Notes: a model not told the origin generated them from the letters alone. Positions 41,625 through 55,793 are shown, numbered from the stretch's first letter. The stretch: 64,000 nt of DNA from Octopus vulgaris (GCA_951406725.2 OX597828.1:17484001-17548000); one strand, 5' to 3'. Numbers and translations are program-made.

Positions 41625-41626
<2 letters not shown>
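41320..41626 (-). mobile_element. Probable LINE 3' UTR fragment within (GATA)n
   Basis: On - strand ends ttgttctatctgtgtgcagccctgtgtggctaataaagaaac, resembling the SINE A tail; (GATA)n on both sides. Confidence 0.6.
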
Positions 41627-41707
<81 letters not shown>

Positions 41708-41794
41708 TATGTGTGTGAGTGTCTGTGTATACACAGACATACACACATACACACACATGCATATATATGTATGCATTCGTGTTTCTCTAACTAT

Positions 41795-41950
41795 CATCGC
41801 TTGACACTGATGTTGGTGTGTTTATATCCCCGTAAGCCAGCAGTTCTGTTTAAGTTCTGTTTAAGTCCTGGGGTCCATTTGTTCGACTAAATGCGGTGCT
41901 GCAGCATGGCCGTTGTCAAATAACTGAAACGAGTAACTTAGTAAAAGAAT
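41795..41950 (+). mobile_element. SINE family B 3' part
   Basis: cgcttgacactgatgttggtgtgttt...gcagcatggccgttgtcaaataactgaaac. Confidence 0.75.
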
Positions 41951-41975
41951 AGATTAACATATATATATATATTCG

Positions 41976-42206
41976 AAGGTTTGGAGATGATGTACAGGTA
42001 TTTTACATTAGAAGAAATGAGGTACTCAGAAATTCGGATGGTTTTATATTTACAGATATTTATTTGTATATTACATGTTTTTATGCATCATATGACTTTG
42101 ATCATGTATTAGCGCTAATACATGATCTATTATATGATGTATAAAAACATGTAATACACAAATAAATATCTGTAAATATAAAACCATCCGAATTTCTGAG
42201 TACCTC

Positions 42207-42212
<6 letters not shown>
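41976..42212. repeat. 200-bp near-perfect palindrome (42013-42212) with a short unique leader, between (TA)n tracts
   Basis: agaaatgaggtactcagaaattcggatgg...gatcatgtattagcgctaatacatgatc...ccatccgaatttctgagtacctcatttct. Confidence 0.95.
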
Positions 42213-42266
<54 letters not shown>

Positions 42267-42574
42267 TTCTATATATGTATGCAAGCAAGCGCTGGTCACG
42301 ATGCAATTCACATTATTTGAGCTGTCAAGTTATGCTATTCCACAGGCAGACGGACATCCCTGCTAAACGGAACGTCTTTCATCGGCTTACTCCTTAACAT
42401 CTGTGTAGACTGGAACAACGTGAAATGAAGTTTCTTGCTCAAGAACACAGCGGAAAAGGTGTTTGGCGTGGGAAAGAAACCTAATATCACATGATCAAGA
42501 GCGCATCATCATCCTAAAGAATGTATTACTCTCTCTCTCTCTCTCTTTCTTTCTCTCTCTCTCTCTCCCTCATC

Positions 42575-42624
<50 letters not shown>

Positions 42625-42626
<2 letters not shown>

Positions 42627-42790
42627 GACGGTCTTCTTTCAGTTTCCACCTATCAAATCCATTCGCAAGGCTTTGGTTGGCCCGAGGCAATACTAAGAGA
42701 TTCCTCCCGAAGGTGCCACGCAGTGGGATTGAACCCGGAACCATACTGAACCAGGAACCATCTGGTGGTAAGCAACCTACTTATTACACA
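42625..42790 (-). mobile_element. SINE family B 5' half
   Basis: acgacggtcttctttcagtttcc...aaggtgccacgcagtgggattgaacccggaacc. Confidence 0.8.
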
Positions 42791-42813
42791 TATGTGCCTA
42801 ATTATAAATCTCC

Positions 42814-42869
<56 letters not shown>

Positions 42870-42943
42870 ATAATATATTTATATATAACGTACATACGTA
42901 TGTCTGTGTATGCGTATATCTATCTATAAATGTATTTATTTAT

Positions 42944-43078
42944 GAGAAGAAGAAGAAGAAGAAGAAGAAGAAGAAGAAGAAGAAGAAGAAGAAGGAGGAG
43001 GAGGAGAAGAAGAAGAAGAAGAAGAAGAAGAAGAAGAAGAAGAAGAAGAAGAAGAAGAAGAAGAAGAAGAAGAAGAAA
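42944..43078. repeat. (GAA)n microsatellite
   Basis: Read directly. Confidence 0.97.
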
Positions 43079-43678
43079 AGGAAATATCACGAGTCGCGAA
43101 CGCATCGGTGTCGTTCATTCTATTCATGTTTTCGTGTGTCAAATACGCAAAAGTTTTAGACAGGAATATATATATATACATACACAGAGGCACACTTACA
43201 CAAACAGATGCACGTACGCACGCACGCATGCGCATGCACGGATTAGCGAGCATATGGGCATGTGTGTGTCTGTGTGTGTCGTTTGCAAATCGTACTGCTT
43301 TGAACTTACCCTCTTTCTGTCTTAATTTGCGTATCTAAGCATGGGTGAATATGAATAAAAACGTGTGTGAGTGTATGTGTGCGTACGAGCACGTGTGTGC
43401 ATGCACTGCTCTATATGTATACATGTATATATGTATATATATATATTTATATATATATATATATATGCACATATTAATATGTATAAATTATATATGTATA
43501 TACATAGAATATATATATATACATATATATATACACAGAGAGAGATAGATGTGGATATATACATATCTATAAATATACGCATATAATATGAATATGTAAA
43601 TATATGTGTATATATATACATATAAATATACGTATATATAAATGTATACATATGTATATATATATATATATATACATG

Positions 43679-43726
<48 letters not shown>

Positions 43727-43747
43727 CACACACACATATATATATGC

Positions 43748-43780
<33 letters not shown>

Positions 43781-44051
43781 CATACGTATGTAATGTAGGA
43801 ATCCATTTTACAATATTTCCTCCCCTTATATTCATCTCCCGGGAAATCAGCACCTGGTCTGTGTTTCGCAATGAGCACTAAAACTTTACGCTATCTATAC
43901 CCTCTGCAAATAGAAAATTAATTCTGTACTAACATTCCTTCTTCCAAAACCGATCTCATTTATTTATCTTCCAGGAGAGATTTTCACCGGAAATAGTTGC
44001 TGCTAGTCACTGGCGTGCAACATTAACCATGTGTCTATATGTATTTTGTCG

Positions 44052-44134
<83 letters not shown>

Positions 44135-44356
44135 ATATATTATTGTATATATACACGTGCATACTCACACACACATTAACACATATTAAGATACACACAC
44201 ACATATATATTGCTATATATAGAGATGCATATATATATACACACACACACACACGCAAATATGAATGTATGTATATTTACACCTGATTACAATGTATATG
44301 CATTTATATACACTTGTATATATATATTCTTACATATATGTGTGTATATAAAGAAT

Positions 44357-44404
<48 letters not shown>

Positions 44405-44600
44405 CACACATATGTAGGTGCATATATGTGCACAAGGACATGTTTGTATATATTTATATGTGTGTGTGTGTACATATGTAGATACACATACTCGCTTGCA
44501 CACAGAGAAGAATGTGTAATCTTATGCATGCTAGATAGGTTATTATATTAGTAATCTTCAAGAAACCATTATTCACTTATCATTATTATTATCATCATCA

Positions 44601-44632
<32 letters not shown>

Positions 44633-44777
44633 TATTACGGCTACTACTACTACTACTACTATTACTACTACTACTGCCGCTACTACTAATACGACGACGA
44701 CAACTTCTATTACGATCCCACTTATATCAACGCCAATAATAACATGTACCTGACGATGATTTTAATATGATATGGTA

Positions 44778-44893
<116 letters not shown>

Positions 44894-45103
44894 CATTGAA
44901 GGATAGATAGATAGATAGGTAGAGACAGACAGAGAGAAAGAGAGAGATAGAAAGTGATAGAAAGTGATTTGACAGCTAGATAGACAGGTATTTATTTGTG
45001 TATATATAGACATATATGTACAACTTACATACGTACATAGATATATACATACATACACACACACACACACATACATACATACATACATACATACATACAT
45101 ACA

Positions 45104-45137
<34 letters not shown>

Positions 45138-46612
45138 CATACATGCGTATAATTCTCGACGGTGCCAGTTGTCGTCTGGTTTCTCACTGTATACAAAACC
45201 TACTTTATCAAGCTTAAATACTAAATGTATTTCAGGTTTTTATGTCTTATTCTTTCTACGCAACTGTATTTCTATATATTTTTGCAATAATAAGCAGATC
45301 TGAAGTTAAACTTCCAGTATTTTATGATGTGTGAAGCTTTTGTGCTTCGTGTTTATTGAGATTTTCATTCCGGACATAAGTCTTTGCTATCTTTGTTTTT
45401 CCCCTTGTTATTTTCTCTTGCAATTCCGAATTAATTTGCACCCCATAAAACAGGAGCAACTGTAACAGAAATGTTTTGTATAAAAGCAAGAACTCTGCAG
45501 TATATAAGATTTTTTGTGCTTGTAGTTTGATGCTTTGGGGATAAAATATGTGTCTTTGGCACAATAGGTAAATATGAAACGTAATGCTGACCAAGATACA
45601 ACCTTGGACTTGTTAGTTAAACTTCACTATTCTTGAGAGACTGTCTCCAAGACATGTTAGTGGCCAGCGAAAATTAGAGTGTCTTCAGATCTGAGAGCTC
45701 TTAAAATAAAAAGTTGTAATTTTTCCAAGTCTCGAATTTTTGTGCTTTTAGCACTGGCATAAGAAAATCTTCCGTCTCAATCTCGTAAGAAATTTTGGGC
45801 GAAGTTATCTAAGAGCCGATCTCCAGCATAATTAAAAGTCAGGTTTGTTGACTGTTTGAATATGTTTAACTTTGGCCCGAAGCTATGAAGGTTTCGGGCA
45901 AGTAAGGATTTCCTCGGCTTTTGTTCCTAGTTAAATCACTGTCCGAATCTGACGGAAGTCACGTGACAACAACATCAATACCCTTATCCAAATTATCACA
46001 AAAATCTTACTGTATACAGAAATGTCTTTTGTGCCATTGTGTATCCATACCAAATAATTATTTAACCTCACTTAATAATTTGTTCACTTTCTAATTTCTA
46101 AGTAATGCCATTCGTAAACATTTCCAAGAGAAACTTAAATGCTTAGCGTACCGTATACTTACAATACCCAGTAAGTGTATGTCAGCAATGTCTTTAAAAC
46201 AATTACGGTACTCCCTATGTTGTCATACTTCAGCAAAATGATATACATATTGGGAACCTCTTTCCAGTATCACAGGGTTCATTAAAGACGAAATCCCAGT
46301 TTCTTGTAACTGAACGATTTCAAGAATCAAAGAATAAAAAGCTACCCTCCAGTCAACAGTAGATTTGAAAGTGCTGACAGTTATATACAGTGTCAATATC
46401 TCAATAGTGTATGAAATCTCCCTCAAACTTTCTGTTGATTGGCTATCGGAATTCAGTGTTGTAGGGTACGAATTCTTTGATACCTAGGACCCCTTTTATT
46501 TAAATCAGTTTTCCGATGGACCACTTTTAACATTCCTATACTTATTTGCTTGTGTGTATCTATCTATCTGTCTGTCTATTTATCTATCTATCTATTTATC
46601 TATCTAACTATC

Positions 46613-46668
<56 letters not shown>

Positions 46669-47237
46669 AGATGCCCCATATATGACTAAAAGACTTCACC
46701 AAGAGGTGCTATTATGTTAGACATGGCCTGGGGCTATATTGGCCGAAACCTATCAAAGTTTTATATATATATATATGAATGTATGTATGTACTTCTGTAA
46801 GATATTTTGAATTTAGTTTACGGCTCACTAGTACTACATTTGCGGACCACTAGTTTTCGTCGGACCACAGGCTGGAAACCACTGTTTTCGAACATTAGAT
46901 CAGCGAAATTTCTCTCTTGGGATCTATATAACAAAAGACTGTGTAAATCGTTTGGTGCGCTTTTTGTCTCTCTTCTACCGTGATGTCTTGTTGAAAATAT
47001 TGTAGATAATATGACCCATATGAGATTTAACATAATTTAACGTGATTTTGTCCCTGAAAATGATCTTAAATGAGGCTAATATGAAGGAGACAATTCCATA
47101 TAAAAAGCATAGGTTTTGGTATGCTGTGGTATAAATCTACAACCTGATTTGTTCAAATATTTGGCACTTAGTAATAAATTCCAATCTCTTGACAGAGAGT
47201 ATGTTTCAGTTTATTTATATCCGTACCACATTTATTA

Positions 47238-47282
<45 letters not shown>

Positions 47283-47622
47283 TGGGTGCATACGTGCATT
47301 TCGATGTGTATACATGCGTCTCTATGTGCATATATATGTACATATATGTGCATATATATTCAAAGCAGTGAAATGTTCACTCACCAGAGGTCTTGAGTTC
47401 TTTCTTTTATTCACTGCTCTCACCTGCTTGTAATCAGAGAAGTATGTATACACATACAAGCATATAAGCACACGCACACTCACATATATAGTGAGAGAAA
47501 AGATATATATATATATATGCACGCAAACATATATATATATATATGCACATATACATGTATTTACTTTCGCATGAAAAGATAAAATGAATAAATGAATATA
47601 TATACATACATACATATATGTA

Positions 47623-47674
<52 letters not shown>

Positions 47675-47694
47675 CATATATATATGCATGTATG

Positions 47695-47725
<31 letters not shown>

Positions 47726-48182
47726 GCATGCATATATGTATGTATATATAATTTAACACGGTGTTACGTAATCTACAATGCATATTCTAAAGTTGCTCTC
47801 TCACATGGCCAAAAGCTACGCATTCCTTAGCTGAGGCATTATCCTTTTCAGTTTTATGCGACTAACGTACAGATTCGATTACTATTTTGTCATACTCAGA
47901 AGAGAAAAAAAAAAATGATAATGGATATTAAAATCTCAAGTTTAACAGGAAATGTATTCGCTAATGGCTATTCAACACGTTTCTATGAAAAAATAAAGTA
48001 TGTGATGTAATTTATACGTAAGCATATGTATATCTTGTACATGTATTTTTTGATTGCATATAGCTGTTGCTTGTGTTTCACGCTCACTATCTATCAGTCC
48101 GTCTGTCTCTCTCGCTCTCTCCACCTATATATATATATGTGTGTGTGAGAGAGAGAGTGTGTGTTTGTATGTGTTTTTGTGT

Positions 48183-48229
<47 letters not shown>

Positions 48230-48437
48230 TTTATATGTACATATGCACACACGAACGTATATGTATATATATATATACGCACACATATAAACATATATAT
48301 TATATAAGTATATGTGTATGTATATATGTATGTATGTGTGTATTATATACATGTGTCTATACACACACACACAAGCAGACTCACTCAGGCATTTGCACAT
48401 TTAATTTCCGAGTTGTTGAATATATTATATAATTAAG

Positions 48438-48515
<78 letters not shown>

Positions 48516-49103
48516 ATATACATATATGTATGTATGTATATATATATATATATATATACATATATATATACATATATATATATGTATATATATATACGTA
48601 TATATATACATATATCTATATCTATAATATATCTATCTATCTATCTCTCTCTATATATACATATATTTATATATACATCCACATATATACACACGCATAT
48701 GTCTTTATGTAAGTATATGTACATATACATATATATACACATCCACATATATACATAAGTATATATGTGTACGTATGAATCTGCGTGTGCATCAGTGCAT
48801 GTGTGTGTATGAGTGTGTGTGTATGTGCGTGTACTGAATGGAAACCGAGACACACACGAGTATGGTATATAATTCAATTATTAAATCACCATTCAGTCAG
48901 ATTTTCATTGTACTTTGTACATTTCTGGTTGTATGATACATCTATTTGCATCCCATTGTCAATATTTGCTCCGTTTTTGATATATATATACATATATTAG
49001 TGCGTGTGAGTGTGTATGTGAATGCGTGTGCGCATGTGTGTGCGTGTGTGTGTGTATGTGTGTGTATTTCGTTTTAGATTTATATATCTATCACTAATTA
49101 GCA

Positions 49104-49139
<36 letters not shown>

Positions 49140-49544
49140 AAACCTATGTATATGTACATATTCATAAATACCTGTATCTGCATATACGTGTTTATGTGTG
49201 TGCGTGTGTATTTGCATCTATGTGTTTGTATCTATATCTATATATACATATATGTACATGTATATAAATTTATATATATATACATATATGTACGTACGCA
49301 CATTTACATATATACATATATATATATACATATATATATATATTTCAATAGGTGAATGAATTATCCTATGTTTATCGTTAGCATGGAAAATTCGTTGAAC
49401 CGATACCAGGGTAGCAAATTCGCGTCAGAAACACGGTTGAAGCGACCTGTTCAAGAGTAGAAACTCCGGGTTCATTTGCAGAAATTTGTGTTTTATATAT
49501 GAATAAACGAAAGAATGGAGTCGAACAAAGATGTTAACAAAATT

Positions 49545-49637
49545 CCTTTGCTCTCGACATATGTTTCGAAGACCACATAGTTTCATTCCAAAGGAATAAA
49601 GGGTGTATGATGCAATCTTCTCATCCGGAAAGAAAGG
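49545..49637 (-). ncRNA. Hammerhead ribozyme copy with U4G core change
   Basis: On - strand: ctttc-CGGATGA-gaagattgcat...atgtggtcttc-GAAA-catatg-TC-gagag. Confidence 0.75.
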
Positions 49638-49729
49638 GAGCCTCTCTCGGGAACAAGAAAATCAAAAATTTCGATGACTGTCTACATGGTAAACAAAATT
49701 TTTGTTTGTCTTGTTGCCGAGAGAGGCTC

Positions 49730-49821
49730 CCTTTCTTTCCTGATGAGAAGATTGCATCATACAGCCTTTATTTTTTGGAATGAAGCCATGTGGTCTTCGA
49801 AACATATGTCGAGAGTAAAGG
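49730..49821 (+). ncRNA. Type I hammerhead ribozyme, canonical core
   Basis: ctttc-CTGATGA(49740-49746)-gaagattgcat...atgtggtcttc-GAAA(49799-49802)-catatg-TC-gagag; predicted cleavage after C49810. Confidence 0.92.
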
Positions 49822-49862
49822 AATTTTGTTAACATCTTCGTTCGACTCCATTCTTTCATTTA

Positions 49863-49912
<50 letters not shown>

Positions 49913-50344
49913 TTTATACATATGTGTGTGTGTATGTGTATGTATATATGTATTTATGTATGTTGAGAGAGGGCGTGAAGTCGAGGTAGATACATCTTTT
50001 GTATTGTTTAACTGATCGTCTTTTAGTTTGACGTTATTTACCTGTATTTCTATACCCTTCAGAGCACTAAAATTCCTAAATCATCAACAACCTTTCAGCA
50101 CGAGCGAAGTCTCGTCATCACAATGAAGATTTTGTTGTTTTGTCGATGTCTCCCCTTAGTAGCAACGGCCGACGCCATTTTTGTAGGCAACATCTCTGCA
50201 ATTGGAATATCGACTTAAAGGAGGGAATGTCATCAATCACGTGTTCATTGTCTTTATCAATATTTATATCACGAGGTCCATAAATTCATCTATTTTATTG
50301 ACAACACAAGTTTTACTTCTATAATGAAACATTTTATTATATTT

Positions 50345-50985
50345 TGTGAAGGTGCAAAGCTGTATGCTTAGAGTGTCGGGCTCAAAATCATATGGTTGTG
50401 AGTTCGATTCCCAGAGCGAGCCGTGTTTTGCGTTCTTGAGCAAGACACTTTATTTCACGTTGCCAATCTCTATCGTCCTTTACCTTTCCATTGAACAACA
50501 TCAGTGGTGTGGAGAGGTGAGATTGGTTTACATGGGCGACTGCTGACCTTCTATAAAGAACCTTACCCGGACTCTGCCTCAGAGAGGAACTTTCTAGTTG
50601 CAATCCCATGGTTATTCATGATTGAATGGAGTCTTTATCTTCTTCTTTACCTTTATTAATGTGCTCATATACTCTTGTGAAGGCGTCTGGCTTAGTGGTT
50701 AGGGTATTCGGCTCACGTTCGTAGGATACCGTGTTCGATTCCCGGCGGCGTGTTGTATCCTTGAGCAAGATATTTTAATTTCCATGTTCCTCCAGTCCAC
50801 TCATTTGGCAAAAATGTGTACTACCTGTATTTCAAGGAGCCGCTGAACCTCCATGAGAAGTGTATGTGAAGGTTTACACGTGTCTGTGGAGTGCTCAGCC
50901 ATTTATACGCTAATCTCACGAGCAAGTTCTTCCATTGATCCCACCAACTGGAAGCCTCGTCGTCATAAGCGACGGAATGCCAGTA
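50345..50985 (+). mobile_element. Two SINE family C variants (50345-50640, 50677-50985)
   Basis: tgtgaagg heads with gttcgattccc B box and ttgagcaaga core. Confidence 0.8.
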
Positions 50986-51194
50986 GAATATACTCTCTAT
51001 TTAGTAATAATTATATCATGCAATACAGTTTCGTATTGATGTATTTTTAAACTGTTCTGGTATTTGAAATAATTGATGTTTGCATTTCTATAAGTTCGCT
51101 TCGTGATTATTGCAGACGTTCATTTTTGATGCAGGATATGAACGCTGTTTTTGATCATAGATTTTCCGTTCCACAATATTTTTAATCTTTGGAA

Positions 51195-52000
51195 GACGGA
51201 GAGCTGGCAGAAACGTTTGCACGCCGGGCGAAATGCGTAGCCATATTTCGTCTGCCGTTACGTTCTGAGTTCAAATTCCGCCGAGGTCGACCTTGCCTTT
51301 CATACTTTCGGGGTCGATTAAATAAGTACTAGTTGCGCACTGGAGTCGATATAATCGACTTAATCCGTTCGTCTGTCCTTGTTTGTCTTCTCTGTGTTTA
51401 GCCCCTTGTGGGTAGTAAAGAAATAGGTATTTCGTTTGTCTTAACGTTCTGAGTTCAAATTCCGCCGAGGTCGACTTTGCCTTTCATCCGTTTGGGGTCG
51501 ATAAATTAAGTACCAGTTACGCACTGTGGTCGATGTAATCGAGTTAATCTGTTTGTCTGTCCTTGTTTGTCCCCTCTGTGTTTAGCCCCTTGTGGGTAGT
51601 AAAGAAATAGGTATTTCGTCTCTCCTTACGTTCTGAGTTCAGATTCGGCCGAGGTCGACTTTGCTCTTCATCCTTTCGTGGTCGATTGAATAAGTACCAG
51701 TTACGCACGGTGGTAGATGTAATCGACTTTATCCCTTTGCCTGTCCTTGTTTGTCCCCTCTATGTTTAGCCCCTTGCGGGCAGTAAAGAAATATGAGAAA
51801 CGTTAGCACGCCAGGTAAAACGCTTAGCGGTATTTCGTCTGTCTTTACGTTCTGAGTTCAAATTCCGCCGAAATCGATTTTTGCCATTCATACTTTCGGG
51901 GTCGATAAATTAAGTACCATTAAAATAAGTAGCAATTGAGCACAGGAGTTGACTTACACCCTCCCACAAAATTGCTGGACAAATGCCAAAATTTGAAACC
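51195..52000 (+). mobile_element. SINE family A tandem multimer
   Basis: tatttcgt unit starts at 51244, 51428, 51612 (184-bp period) and 51831. Confidence 0.92.
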
Positions 52001-52454
52001 ATCGTTTTTTATCCGTTGAATCATGCGCTGTTGTCATGTGATTTCAGTCATCACTTTACATCTTTGTTGTAAACGGACGTCAAGAATTCGTTGTATGATA
52101 TCAGTAAGATCATTTATGACATAAGCCGTTGTTGTAAATATATATATTATGTTATCAACAACGGCTAGCGTAACAAACCAATAAAAAACCATATATGGAG
52201 CAATATAAGGAAAAATATATAATAAAACGACGAAATAAATACAGTGAACATAGAGAATGAACAAACTGGGCACACGGTGCGTTATGCGAATCTAATGCAT
52301 ACTAACTGCAGAGTAGGATTATAAACACTATCAAGCTCATCATGTGACTGGCACGAGTGAAAATGAATATTGACTGATGTCCAACATATTGATCACAATC
52401 CAAATGATACATACATGCACACACGCAAACACACACTCACACATTTATGGGGGT

Positions 52455-52496
<42 letters not shown>

Positions 52497-52548
52497 ATAT
52501 ATGTAAATATATATATATATGTGTAAATATATATATATATATATGTAA

Positions 52549-52673
<125 letters not shown>

Positions 52674-53118
52674 TAGCTACATGAATATATATGGATACAC
52701 TCACACACACATATACATGTATATGTATGCATGTATGTATGCGTATGGCTATATATTCATTGTATGTGTTTATATATCCATATATTTTTGTGTGGATGGA
52801 TATTATCATATAATAATATAAATAATATATAAATAGATGCATATATACATACATGAATATACCTACATATATATATATATATATATACGTGCATATATGG
52901 GTACAGGACATAAAAAAAACTGTTGAACACAATGAGAAACGAAAACATAAAAACAAAAACAGAAAACGAACTTTTTTTCGAACAGCGAAAAACATCAGAG
53001 AAACGAGACGTACAACAAAGTATATCCCCCTTCATCAGTTATCCCTGTTTCAACTACTCCCCGCTCGAAGGCTACGTACATATGTATATGTATGTAAATG
53101 TATATATATGTATGTGTA

Positions 53119-53149
<31 letters not shown>

Positions 53150-53181
53150 GAATACACATATATATGTATATATATACGTAT

Positions 53182-53223
<42 letters not shown>

Positions 53224-53339
53224 GTATGTATGCATATATATATATATGTATGTATATTAGTGTTATGCGTTTTTCATAACCTAATAACCCTATACTGTAA
53301 TCCGATATATAATTGTATAAATGTTAAGAGACTAACATG

Positions 53340-54870
53340 TTTTTTGCTATATTTGAAAAAATTATCGCCCCCAACTTAAGAAATTTTTCATCACTTTTGA
53401 CCCAAAACATACAAAATTCTAATGAGTTTCATAATGCCTGCTCAAGTTTATACCAGACTTGGTGTGACTACGCAATGCAATGCAGAAATAGTATATATGA
53501 ATTTTCAGCTTTCAATCTGTAGTAGTTTCGGAGTTATGGGCTTTTAAATCTGTAATCACTACGTGGCACTAGATTCATACTTGTATTTATACAATTTTAA
53601 GATTACTGAATTAAAATTGCTCTATGAAAAGGTTCAAAACTAGGATATTTTAAGACAGAGCATTTGTCTTACATACAAAATTTAAAACAATACATATTTT
53701 AAACTTTATAGGTTTAATTCCAACTTTGAATAACTCTGTAAGAAAAAGGGTGCGAAATGTTAGCAAATATTAAAACATAACAAAGAATTAATATATTTTG
53801 TTAGATAAAAAAAATCGAAACTGAAGCTTTCTTCTTTTCATAAACGTCATAAAGATCTTGAAGGTGCTTGATTGCCCGTTCTGCACTCTGATTTCTTCTG
53901 GGAATTTCCAATTTTACAGAGGTCCATGCTTTTTTATGAACGTGTAGGCTACCACATAACTTCTGATAATCATGTGCATTGAACATTTGGTCAGTAAACC
54001 GAAAATCTGACCAGCTGTAAGAGATGAATCGACAAACATGGAAAAGCAGCAAAACTCTTTTCTCTGGTAGAAGAATAAATTCCAAAAGAGCTTGTATTGC
54101 TTGAAAATTCTATCTTGCATTACTTAAGTTGGGTATTTTTTGAAACTTTACAGAAGGACATTTTCTGGTTTCTTCAAAGAAACGAAAAACTTTGATCAAA
54201 GGAAATAGAAATTTCATGCCATCTCACCATCCTGCTGATTCAGTCATCTTTTCTTCACTCTTGTTGAAATTAGCCTGGAGTTTCTCCTAATTACGTAGAA
54301 GCTCTGGGATGAATGTATATTCCGAGTTCGTCATCCTTTACAATATGAAGAACTCAATCAAGGATATGATGCTGACAACCAATAAATTGTAGCTCTTTGA
54401 AGCCCTTTTGCACAAACACTCTTTGTAACTGAATGGCAATGCTATTTCTTTGCCCAATGCCTACATTCGTTGTATCAGCGACAATCATCTTTTCACATTT
54501 TATTATTTTCATCTAAAACAGCTGTTATTCCTTTCATAACAGTATCGGCTTTTCCCTTTGGTAATTGGAATGTTTTTAACTTAACTTCTCCCTGTTCATT
54601 CTTTAAACCTAGTTCTTGGTATTCTTGGTCATCAATATGTTTACCATCAAATTGTAATGACCAGTTTTCTAAACGTAGTGTTTTCTTCGTTTTCTTTTTT
54701 AGTTTAATAGCTTCTTTGATAGTCGGTCTATAAATACCAGATTGGGAAGGAGTCTCGACGTTGATTTCCTCGAGAGATAATTACCGACAAATTGTTGCTG
54801 CTCTTTGGATTGGTAGCTTGGAAGATATTACTAACTTGGATGCAGTTCCAGTTTTGCTATACTTCCTCCT
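53340..54870 (-). mobile_element. Decayed DDE DNA transposase with CxxH motif (hAT-related, subgroup uncertain)
   Basis: Manual - strand translation across frameshifts: WSLQFDGK...GKADTVMKGI...IVADTTNVGIG...FIGCQHHILD; ORF 53801-54085 has NQSAERAIKHLQD. Confidence 0.8.
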
Positions 54871-54981
54871 TGTTTGTGTGAATAATATAATAATAAATAC
54901 AAACAATTACAACAATAATAATTATCCTTGCATGGGACTTATAAATATTTTAATATTTCGTCGTATATATGTATATGTATA

Positions 54982-55052
<71 letters not shown>

Positions 55053-55104
55053 CTGTGCGTGCGTGTGTGTGTTTGTGTGTCTATGTCTATGTGTGTGTGT
55101 GTGT

Positions 55105-55305
55105 CTGTGTTTTTCTCCCCAACATTGCTTGACAACCGATGCTGGTGTGTTTACGTCCCCGTAACTTAGCGGTTCGGCAGAATAAGCCGATTGAATATGT
55201 ACTAGGCTTACAAAGAATAAGTCTTGGAGTCGACTTGTTCCACTAAAGGGCAGTGCTCTAGCATGGCCACAGTCACATGACTGAAACAAGTAACAGAGTA
55301 AAGAG
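55105..55305 (+). mobile_element. SINE family B 3' half
   Basis: gcttgacaaccgatgctggtgtgtttacgtccccgtaacttagcggttcggc. Confidence 0.88.
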
Positions 55306-55529
55306 TAATATATGTATGCATATAAATGTATGTATAATTTAGTTTTCTCAACACAAGTTCACACACACATACGTCCATCCCTACTCACGAAATACAAACT
55401 AAATATTTAATCTTCCAACATACATTTATATGGGAGTGCGTGGAGCGTGGGCGTATATATATATATGTTTGTATGTGAGAAATTTAGTGTTTGTCAGTGT
55501 GCTTATGTACATGAAAAAGATATCGATAC

Positions 55530-55621
<92 letters not shown>

Positions 55622-55793
55622 GTATGTGCGTGTGTGTGTATATATATATATATTCTATATGTATTATAAATTATGTTATATTTACATATCATATATGTAG
55701 CTATGTATGTATGTATCTATGTATCTATATGTATATATATGTATATATATATATATGTGTGTGTGTGTGTATGTGTTTATATGTCTGTGTGTG

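Larger units (their letters stand above)
49345..49872. mobile_element. Non-coding PLE-derived foldback element with an HHR motif in each inverted arm
   Basis: Arms ~49495-49657 / 49709-49872; leader shares motifs (taccaggg(t/c)agcaaa, gtagaaact, tatgaataaa, aatggagt) with 26950-27140; (TA)n flanks. Confidence 0.88.

Noticed and set aside
51244-51930. Regular repeats as a CRISPR-like array
   Set aside because: Units are whole 184-bp SINE bodies without unique spacers, in eukaryotic context with no cas genes
53020-53075. ctgatga on the - strand in a TA-flanked repeat
   Set aside because: GAAA, stem III and stem I cannot be assembled in this truncated copy
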